This document shows positions 19,101-25,278 of a stretch of DNA of 64,000 bases, piece after piece. Source of the stretch: Bryobacterales bacterium (lineage in GTDB: Bacteria; Acidobacteriota; Terriglobia; Bryobacterales; UBA6623); contig CBDFIU010000004.1 in the NCBI GenBank assembly GCA_965248235.1, forward strand, positions 1,175,112 to 1,239,111, in the 5' to 3' direction. The translations under genes were made by a program, and so were the position numbers. Within the stretch, counting starts at the first letter, position 1; the number at the start of each line of letters is the position of its first letter. Under the pieces are notes generated by a model, which was not told the origin of the DNA, made no database searches, and saw only the letters and a program-made list of their open reading frames with translations.

Positions 19101-20363
19101 CGGGTGCGCGACCAAGTGCAGGCGGGCTTTCTGGGGGGCGGGTATGAAGTGATTGTCGCGACGATCGCTTTCGGGATGGGGATTGACAAACCCGATGTCC
19201 GCACGGTTGCTCATACGGGTTTGCCGGGCAGTATCGAAGCCTACTATCAGGAAATCGGCCGCGCCGGCCGCGACGGCAAGCCTTCCCGGGCCGTGCTGAT
19301 GTATTCTTGGTCGGACCGCAAGACCCACGAATTTTTTCACGAACGTGACTACCCGCCGATCGCCGAGCTGGAGGAGATCTACAAACAACTTCGCGCCGAG
19401 CCCGAACCGCGACGCAATATCGAGCGTCGCTTGAAGATGGACCCGATTGTCTTTGAAAAGGCGATCGAGAAATTGTGGATTCAAGGTGGCGCGCTGATCG
19501 ATCCGGAGGAAAATATTCAACGCGGCCGCGACGGTTGGAAGCCGGGCTATCAGAGACAGTCCGACCACAAGCTGGGTCAGCTCGATCATATTGTTCACTT
19601 CGCCGAGGCGAATGAGTGTCGGATGTTGGAGCTGGTACGACACTTCGGCGACCAAGAAGACTCGCAAAAGCCGTGCGGCGTGTGTGACATCTGCGCTCCC
19701 GAGGCGTGCGTCGTACAGCGCTACCGTTCACCGAGCGCCGAGGAAAAGATCGCTATTGACGACATGGTCAAGACCCTCAAGGCGCGCGACGGCCTCTCCG
19801 TCGGCCGCCTCCACGAGCAGGCGCTGTCGGCGGCGCTGCTGGAGCGTAAGGCGTTCGAAAAATTGCTGGCGGGAGCGGCCCGCGCCGGTCTTGTCAAGAC
19901 GGTTGTCGACGCCTTCGAGAAAGAGGGTCGTCGCATTGAATACCGGCGCGTTTTCTTGAGCGAGGAGGGCCGAAGTCTGACGACGTCGGCGGGGGATTTC
20001 GTGACCTTGGCCGCCGAGGCCCCTCGGGCGCCGCGCAAGAGAAAGAAGAAGGCGGCGAAGCGGAAGGTTGCCGCGACGGGCAAACGCCGAGCGAAGGCCG
20101 CGGCGGGGGCGGCGGCTCCTGATGGGATGTCGGAAGCGCGCGCCGACGCTGATTTGATCGAGCGGCTGCGGAATTGGCGTTTGATCCAAGCGAGAGTGCA
20201 ACGCACGCCGGCGTTTCGGGTGTTTCCCGATCGTACTCTCCACGCCATTGCCCGCTACCACCCCGCGAACGAGGCGGAGTTGTTGCAAGTTCCTGGCATT
20301 GGTCCGCGCCTGGCGGGCAAGTTCGGGAAGACGATTCTTGCGATTGTGGCTGGTAAGAAGTAG
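16143..20363 (+). CDS. Fusion protein: type IA DNA topoisomerase (Topo III-like) + RecQ helicase (with zinc-binding, RQC-like and HRDC regions)
   Basis: One 1406-codon ORF. Topo IA part: VAEKPSVARD, ATDAGREGELIFRYIY, LLTYPRTDSRHL (Tyr353 at 17199-17201). An Ala/Pro/Gly-rich linker covers about 18060-18300. RecQ part: FGFEGFRKYQ, MPTGAGKS, DEAHCISQWGHDFRPEY, CRM...CGVCDIC, and a C-terminal HRDC (RTPAFRVFPDRTLHAIARYHPANEAELLQVPGIG). Confidence 0.9.
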   Translation: MPTSSVKAAAVVAEKPSVARDLADILGAHKRGDGYRHGNGYIVTWAIGHLVALAEPHEMNADWRVWRRDTLPLLPSEWPLVVYEQSRDQFEVVRRILTSPKVGRVVAATDAGREGELIFRYIYEAAGCNKEVDRLWISSLTPDAIREGLRTLRPSSAYDRLADAARARSRADWLVGMNLSRAYTLDCNVNLSVGRVQTPTLAMLVERELAIRNFLTEDYLEVLATFEPAEKAAEDGAYRGTYFQQGAESETGTEAASEKLTPAEGQDAKSSHEAKRDTRLPADGELAQQIIGRARAGDARIESIERETKRIGPPRFYDLTELQRHANRLYGFSAKRTLELAQTLYEKHKLLTYPRTDSRHLSKDVAATLDQVVAAVAEPYQDALAPGTGSRPLNRRFVDDAKVSDHHAIIPTTVRSSLPAGGDEAKIYDLVCRRLLSAWHKDHILAVTNVITSVTSPGEDGSELMVDRFFSSGTSVEQAGWKVLDAPFPRTGVSSRGSGQEPQQQLPAGLAEGQPRLVSDAEAVTKKTRPPRRFTEGTLLTAMESAGKTLEEKELSDAMKDRGLGTPATRAAIIETLLRREYIARKGKSLEALEKGIQLIGSVHPAVKSPAMTGEWEAELRKMERGEVEFDSFMRRIEDYVREVVGGPRAKPFEGLPAKAMREPQAAAAAHVGTRGAAGFEQAPAITAPIPSVGPGPPADASNGHVVQASAGGNVPARNGKWTGDLLDLLQSAFGFEGFRKYQQDVCEAVRGGRDVLLVMPTGAGKSLCYQLPGYAREGVTLVVSPLIALMEDQVGKLKQMGFRAERIHSGRDREASREVCFRYLAGDLDFLFIAPERLAVPGFPEMLAKRTPALIAIDEAHCISQWGHDFRPEYRRLGERLPMLRPAPVIAMTATATPLVQDDIAEQLALENGLRSIHGFRRENIAVEVVELTPSQRPPAVAKLLEDAARRPAIVYAPTRKSAEAVAAELSALFPAAAYHAGMLPRVRDQVQAGFLGGGYEVIVATIAFGMGIDKPDVRTVAHTGLPGSIEAYYQEIGRAGRDGKPSRAVLMYSWSDRKTHEFFHERDYPPIAELEEIYKQLRAEPEPRRNIERRLKMDPIVFEKAIEKLWIQGGALIDPEENIQRGRDGWKPGYQRQSDHKLGQLDHIVHFAEANECRMLELVRHFGDQEDSQKPCGVCDICAPEACVVQRYRSPSAEEKIAIDDMVKTLKARDGLSVGRLHEQALSAALLERKAFEKLLAGAARAGLVKTVVDAFEKEGRRIEYRRVFLSEEGRSLTTSAGDFVTLAAEAPRAPRKRKKKAAKRKVAATGKRRAKAAAGAAAPDGMSEARADADLIERLRNWRLIQARVQRTPAFRVFPDRTLHAIARYHPANEAELLQVPGIGPRLAGKFGKTILAIVAGKK

Positions 20364-20419
20364 GGAGCGATGGGGCTCCGCCGCTATCCGCCGCTGACAC
20401 CATCCGACGTGAGGGCATC

Positions 20420-20635
20420 TTGCTGAAGCTCGGATTCAAGATGAAACGACAGGAAGGTTCCCACTCGCACTATGAAAGGCCTCCAGACGAGGTGGTTAAT
20501 CAACGGCGAATCGTAACGGTGGACACGGCGCACGCACAGTTCAGTCGCCGATTGATAAAGAGCATGATCGAGCAGTCGGGATTCACGAGGCGGGAATTCT
20601 ACTCGGCCACCAAGCGAACGGCCAAGAAGATCTAG
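20420..20635 (+). CDS. hicA: HicA-like mRNA interferase toxin (possibly 5'-frameshifted)
   Basis: LKLGFKMKRQEGSHSHYERP...VTVDTAH matches the HicA GSH core. The expected N-terminal helix (MGLRRYPPLTPSDVRA) is encoded from ATG 20372 in another frame that stops at 20426-20428. That implies a 1-nt indel near 20415-20420, or use of TTG 20420. Confidence 0.6.
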   Translation: MLKLGFKMKRQEGSHSHYERPPDEVVNQRRIVTVDTAHAQFSRRLIKSMIEQSGFTRREFYSATKRTAKKI

Positions 20636-20712
20636 CCCGCATTTCTCATCGCCTGACGGCCTCTCATGCACTTTGCCTCGCCACGCGATAAGAAAAGCGG
20701 GCCAGGGAAGGG

Positions 20713-21117
20713 CTAGGGACAGTGCTGCAAGCGCCCGCTGGGTTCGTAGGTCAAGGAGTGGTTGTGCGATTCGTGGCGGCGGATTTTTCGTTTCAAGGAG
20801 TGCCAATAATAACGGATCCATCGACTTGCCGGCGCGGGACGCAACACTAACCCGTTTGCGTCTCCCTCAAATGCGATCGAGAGATACCCGGACATGGCTT
20901 CCTGGAGACGCTGAATTGCGTTTTCAGGGGTGGGGCCCTCCGAAATGAGGTTCAGATCGAGACACTCCGCAACGTAGGTCGAGCCGGATTTGTAGTAGAA
21001 GGCGCGAAGAGGATGAGCCGTACCGCAGTCCGCGCATTGCAAGGTGGGCACCTTGATAAGCAAAGCTCCACAGCTGGAACAACGATGTGCCACGCGAGTG
21101 CTCGCCTCCTGCGTCAT
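20713..21117 (-). CDS. Zinc-ribbon + HicB-like (UPF0150-type) domain protein
   Basis: From ATG 21117: MTQEASTRVAHRCSSCGALLIKVPTLQCADCG, then YYKSGSTYVAECLDLNLISEGPTPENAIQRLQEAMSGYL, which resembles the HicB N-terminal fold. It is convergent with hicA, not co-oriented. Confidence 0.4.
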   Translation of the reverse strand: MTQEASTRVAHRCSSCGALLIKVPTLQCADCGTAHPLRAFYYKSGSTYVAECLDLNLISEGPTPENAIQRLQEAMSGYLSIAFEGDANGLVLRPAPASRWIRYYWHSLKRKIRRHESHNHSLTYEPSGRLQHCP

Positions 21118-21326
21118 GAGCCACTTCCCCTGTATCTCATTATGCCTGTGTGCAACCCTCGACAAGCTCCGCCCATCTGGTGTATCGACCGAATTGGCCG
21201 GAAGTTCCGCCCAACACTCCACAAAAGGCGGCCGGCCGAGGCCCCGAAATTGGAGGGTCGTTTTTTCGGGGCAGTAGCGTCGGCCTTCTCACTGCGGTAG
21301 AATCGACAAGTTCCCGGAGGACCGCC

Positions 21327-22334
21327 ATGTATAGATTGATTTTCGTCTTGACCCTTTCCGTTTTGGCGCTGGGCGCCGAGACCAAGAAGATTCTCGTGAT
21401 GAACCAGTCGGAGGAAGTGATCGCCGACTGGGGGAAAGGCGCGCCGAACGCCAAGCTCGTCGGAGTGACGAAGGATACGGTGATGGATCACATCGCCGAC
21501 GCGCAAGGTTTCATCGGCAACATCAAGCCCGAACACGTTCGCGCGGGCAAGAAACTGGAATGGGCGCAAACCCTCAGTGCCGGCGTTGAGAAGGTGCTGC
21601 ATCTTTCCGGAGGGAATGATCTGCGCGACAGCGACATCGTGTTGACGAACAACCAAATCGTCCAAGGGCCGGAAATCGCCGATCACGCCATGGCTATGTT
21701 GCTGGCCCACACGCGCGACCTGCCGAGGTTCATTGGCGACCGCCAACGCGGCAAGTGGACACGTCGCACCGATAAGCTGATCGAGTTGCGCGGCAAAACG
21801 GCCGTCCTCATCGGAGTGGGCGGCATCGGGATGCAGATCGCCCAGCGCGCCTGGGCCTTCGGGATGAAAGTGATCGGCGTCGATCCCGAGGATGTGCCTT
21901 TTTCGCCCTTCCTTGCCAATGTCGTCAAGCCCGACAGCCTGGACGATGTGCTGCCCGAGGCCGACGTGATCTTCATGGCCGCGCCGCACACGCCGAAGAG
22001 TCACAAGATGATCGGCCCGAGCCAATTCGACCTGATGAAGAAAGGCGCGTTTTTCATCGCCGTCAGCCGGGGCAGCACGTATGATCTGGATTCGCTTGTA
22101 AAGGCGCTCGACAGCCAAAGACTCAGCGCGGCCGGCGTGGACGTGACCGACCCGGAACCGTTGCCCGAGGGCCACGCGCTTTGGCAGTTTGACAACGTCA
22201 TCGTGACCCCTCATATCGCCGGACGGTCTGATCAGGACCGAGGACGGATGTTAGGAATCGCGCGCGACAATATCCGGCGGTTTTCGGAAGGTCTGCCTTT
22301 GCTCAACGTCGTGGATAAGCAGAAGGGGTGGTGA
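21327..22334 (+). CDS. D-isomer-specific 2-hydroxyacid dehydrogenase family protein with a hydrophobic N-terminus
   Basis: ATG 21327 has GGAGG 7 nt upstream. The NAD-binding motif GKTAVLIGVGGIGMQIAQRAWAFGMKVIGVDP and the catalytic region FIAVSRG...VIVTPHIAG are present. The N-terminus is MYRLIFVLTLSVLALGA. Confidence 0.85.
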   Translation: MYRLIFVLTLSVLALGAETKKILVMNQSEEVIADWGKGAPNAKLVGVTKDTVMDHIADAQGFIGNIKPEHVRAGKKLEWAQTLSAGVEKVLHLSGGNDLRDSDIVLTNNQIVQGPEIADHAMAMLLAHTRDLPRFIGDRQRGKWTRRTDKLIELRGKTAVLIGVGGIGMQIAQRAWAFGMKVIGVDPEDVPFSPFLANVVKPDSLDDVLPEADVIFMAAPHTPKSHKMIGPSQFDLMKKGAFFIAVSRGSTYDLDSLVKALDSQRLSAAGVDVTDPEPLPEGHALWQFDNVIVTPHIAGRSDQDRGRMLGIARDNIRRFSEGLPLLNVVDKQKGW

Positions 22335-22377
22335 TGCCGCGAACACGGCTGGGGCGTAGGAGGGCGTGAGAAGAGAT

Positions 22378-22397
22378 GTCGGCACGAGTGCCGACAC
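22378..22397. repeat. Perfect 9-bp inverted repeat related to family 1
   Basis: tgtcggcac-ga-gtgccgaca, followed by a second hairpin gcacgc-tgaaa-gcgtgc (22401-22417), in the spacer upstream of mtaB. Confidence 0.5.
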
Positions 22398-22503
22398 GGC
22401 ACGCTGAAAGCGTGCGCCACGTCGGGGGTGGTTGTCCGTTCAGCCTCTCGGTAGAATGAGTCTTGGTCCGTCAAGAGGCTTCGATCGCCCTCCTCCCGCC
22501 GCC

Positions 22504-23913
22504 ATGCCCAACCCGCGAACATTTTTCGTCCGTAATTTCGGTTGCCGTGCGACGCAGGCCGACGGGGCGGGACTGGAAGCGGAATTGGCGGCGCGTGGGT
22601 TGGAGGCCGGTAGCGCGGCTTCGGCTTCCGACGTTGTCATCGTCAACACCTGTACCGTCACTCACCAGGCCGACCAGGACGCTCGTCAGACAATTCGGCG
22701 CATTCATCGGGAAAATCCCGAGGCCGAGATTCTGGTCACCGGCTGCTACGCCCAGCGCCGGCCCGATGAGTTGGCCGCGCTGGAGGGCGTCAAGTGGGTC
22801 GTCGGCAATTCTCACAAGAGCGCGATCGGCGAGATTGTCGCGCCGCAACTGGTACGGATTGCTTCCGAACTCGCTCCGCGCGGACCGGCGTTCCACGGTG
22901 AGATTCGCGATGGCGGTGTGCTGGTCGGCGAGACTTTCGAGAACGTGTCCCGGCTTGCGGCGCAAGTGGTCGACGCCGGACGCGACCGCAGTCGCCCGAA
23001 CTTGAAAATCCAAGACGGCTGCAACAACCGTTGCGGTTTCTGCATTATTCCGACCGTAAGGGGGCACAGTCGCAGCGCCGAGGCGGAGAGCGTTCTATCG
23101 AGCATTCGCCGCTTGGCTCGGCATTACCCGGAAGTGGTCCTGACGGGCATCAACTTAGGGCGCTGGGGACGCGATTTGGACGGCCGACCGCGGCCGGCGG
23201 CTTTGCTGCGCCGTGTGCTGGACGAGACCGACATTCGCAAGTTGCGCCTCAGTTCAATCGAGCCGATGGACTGGACGAACGACCTGCTCGATCTCACGGC
23301 TTCGTCCGATCGCATCGCCAAGCATGTGCACATTCCCATGCAGTCGGGATCGGATAGGGTTTTGAAAGCGATGCGGCGACGTTATCGAGCGCGCCATTAC
23401 GCCGACCGCGTGGAACGAGCGCGGCGCTTGATGCCCAAGGCCGCCATTGGCGCGGATGTGATGGTCGGTTTCCCTGGGGAGACGGACGAAGATTTCGAGG
23501 CAACGCGCGGGCTTGTCGCCGATCTTCCATTTACGTATCTACACGTGTTTACTTATTCGGCTCGTCCCGACACAGCGGCGCGGGAGATGCCCGGTCACAT
23601 CGCGCCTCCCGTTAAGAAAGAACGTAATCGAATCTTGCGGGAATTGGCGGCCGAGAAGAATCTGGCGTTTCGGCGGTCGCTTGTCGGGAAGCGTTTCGAG
23701 GCTGTCACGCTGGAGCGAGCGGGCGGGACCAAAGTGTTCGCGGTGACCGACAACTACGTGACCGTCGAGCTCGACACCGCGCGGCGAGCAGGCGCGGAGT
23801 TGATTGACGTGGAAATCGGTGTTGTCGACGAGGAATCGACGAAGGCTCGCGAAATCCGCTCAGACATCGGACTGAGGGAGCTTGTGGCCGCGTCGGAGCG
23901 ATTCCGTAGTTGA
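22504..23913 (+). CDS. mtaB: Radical-SAM methylthiotransferase, MtaB-like (MiaB family)
   Basis: MPNPRTFFVRNFGCRATQADG (UPF0004 domain), the radical-SAM CNNRCGFCIIP motif, and a C-terminal TRAM-like region. The MtaB assignment is favoured by the adjacent tsaC. Confidence 0.8.
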   Translation: MPNPRTFFVRNFGCRATQADGAGLEAELAARGLEAGSAASASDVVIVNTCTVTHQADQDARQTIRRIHRENPEAEILVTGCYAQRRPDELAALEGVKWVVGNSHKSAIGEIVAPQLVRIASELAPRGPAFHGEIRDGGVLVGETFENVSRLAAQVVDAGRDRSRPNLKIQDGCNNRCGFCIIPTVRGHSRSAEAESVLSSIRRLARHYPEVVLTGINLGRWGRDLDGRPRPAALLRRVLDETDIRKLRLSSIEPMDWTNDLLDLTASSDRIAKHVHIPMQSGSDRVLKAMRRRYRARHYADRVERARRLMPKAAIGADVMVGFPGETDEDFEATRGLVADLPFTYLHVFTYSARPDTAAREMPGHIAPPVKKERNRILRELAAEKNLAFRRSLVGKRFEAVTLERAGGTKVFAVTDNYVTVELDTARRAGAELIDVEIGVVDEESTKAREIRSDIGLRELVAASERFRS

Positions 23914-23964
23914 AGCCCCGTGAGTGGGGCGGTGAGAATGCCCGTCGGACCCCCTAGAGGCGCG

Positions 23965-24585
23965 ATGATTCGCGTCAACCCGCACCGTCCCCGATGGGCT
24001 GCGGTGCGTCGCGTAGCGGCGGCGATCGGAGCCGGACAAGTCATCGCCGCGCCGACCGATACGGTCTACGGGTTGGTGGCGAACCCGTTTGATCCAGCGG
24101 CGGTTGAACGACTTTTCGCCATCAAGCGGCGCCCCGAGTCAAATCCAATTTTACTCTTGATTGATTCGCGTGAGCAGCTTGCGTTGGTCGCTCAGGATCT
24201 CCCGAAAACGTTTGACCGAATCGCCGCCCGCTTTTGGCCCGGACCGTTGACGATCGTCTTACCGGCGAGTGCGGCCGTACCCAAGACGATCACCGCCGGC
24301 ACGGGAACGGTCGCGGTTCGGTTGCCGGCGTCTCGGCTTGTGCGGTCGTTGATTCGGGCCGCGGGGCGACCGCTGACCGGCACGAGCGCGAATCTTTCCG
24401 GACGTTCGGCGGCGACAACGGCCCGGGAAGTGCAACTTCAGTTGGGCAAACGAGTCTACTATATTGTGGATGGCGGACGGTCCCGTTGGCGGCAGCCGTC
24501 GACGATTCTGAATTTGACGGGCCGAGCGCGCATCCTTCGACCGGGAGCTGTGTCTTGGGCGCAATTGGAGAAACACCTGGTATAG
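23965..24585 (+). CDS. tsaC: L-threonylcarbamoyladenylate synthase (TsaC/YrdC family)
   Basis: GQVIAAPTDTVYGLVANPFDPAAVERLFAIKRRPESNPILLLI...WPGPLTIVLP...VAVRLP...TSANLSG. The start is uncertain (ATG 23965, ATG 23938 or GTG 23920). Confidence 0.82.
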   Translation: MIRVNPHRPRWAAVRRVAAAIGAGQVIAAPTDTVYGLVANPFDPAAVERLFAIKRRPESNPILLLIDSREQLALVAQDLPKTFDRIAARFWPGPLTIVLPASAAVPKTITAGTGTVAVRLPASRLVRSLIRAAGRPLTGTSANLSGRSAATTAREVQLQLGKRVYYIVDGGRSRWRQPSTILNLTGRARILRPGAVSWAQLEKHLV

Positions 24586-25199
24586 ACCCTCCGCCGCCGA
24601 GGTCCAAGCGGCCTTGGGCTGCCGTCGCGCTACTCCTGGCGACCATGATCGCGGCGGGCGCGGGCTATTTCGGGTTTGTCGTTTTCGAAGTTCGGCACTA
24701 CGCGCGCACGGATGAGGCGCGACCGGCCGACGCGATCGTTGTGCTGGGAGCGGCGCAATACCGCGGGCGGCCGTCGCCGGTGTTGAAAGCTCGGCTGGAT
24801 CACGCGCTCGATCTCTACAGGCGCGAACTGGCGCCCCGCATCATCACGACCGGCGGCCATGGCCGCGGCGCCGAGTTTTCCGAAGGCGATGTCAGCCGCG
24901 AGTATCTTTCCGAGCAGGGCGTGCCCGCGGAATTCATCACGGCGGAAACGCAAGGGCAATCGACGATGCACAGCGCCGCGGCGGTGGCGGAGATCATGGA
25001 CCGCATGGAACTCGCGTCCTGCATCGTGGTCAGCGACGGCTATCACATCCACCGCATCAAGCGGATGCTCGAGGAACGCGGACTTACGGTTTACGGCTCG
25101 CCGCGCACGCCGGGCCACGACGACTTCTGGACACGCGGAAAACACTACGCCCGCGAAGCTCTGGGCTACATTGCCTGGCGCTTCGGCATCAGGGTGTGA
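24555..25199 (+). CDS. DUF218 / YdcF-ElyC-like membrane-anchored protein
   Basis: TM helix (WAAVALLLATMIAAGAGYFGFVVF), then ADAIVVLGAAQYRGRPSPVLKARLDHALDLY...IVVSDGYHIHRIKRML. I propose a start at TTG 24555. The long track ORF upstream overlaps tsaC. Confidence 0.7.
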   Translation: MGAIGETPGIDPPPPRSKRPWAAVALLLATMIAAGAGYFGFVVFEVRHYARTDEARPADAIVVLGAAQYRGRPSPVLKARLDHALDLYRRELAPRIITTGGHGRGAEFSEGDVSREYLSEQGVPAEFITAETQGQSTMHSAAAVAEIMDRMELASCIVVSDGYHIHRIKRMLEERGLTVYGSPRTPGHDDFWTRGKHYAREALGYIAWRFGIRV

Positions 25200-25205
25200 T
25201 GTTCC

Positions 25206-25229
25206 GTGAGCCGTGAACCGTTAGCCGAC
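25206..25229. repeat. Family-2 short repeat just 3' of the DUF218 gene
   Basis: gtgagccgtgaaccgttagccgac. Its reverse complement matches 15641-15664 at 21 of 24 nt. Confidence 0.6.
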
Positions 25230-25278
25230 CGCCTGGGGGGCTCGGCAACGCGGAGACTCGGGGCCTCGTACGCGAGTT

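Noticed and set aside
20384-20821. 145-aa minus-strand ORF overlapping hicA
   Set aside because: It is antisense to the HicA-like ORF and overlaps the HicB-like gene. It has no motifs and is likely spurious.
21245-21303. Hairpin gccccgaaa-12 nt-tttcggggc and TAGAAT -10-like hexamers (21298-21303 and 22452-22457) as terminator or promoters
   Set aside because: No U-tract follows the hairpin, and no acceptable -35 element sits at the right spacing for either TAGAAT. The evidence is too weak to annotate.
21114-22214. 366-aa minus-strand ORF opposite the 2-hydroxyacid dehydrogenase. The same applies to 39536-40474 (-), 26515-27543 (+), 18688-19731 (-), 12297-13154 (-), 973-1689 (+) and 58336-59337 (+)
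   Set aside because: All are antisense to genes with strong family signatures. They have Arg/Pro/Gly-biased, motif-free translations and are judged non-coding.
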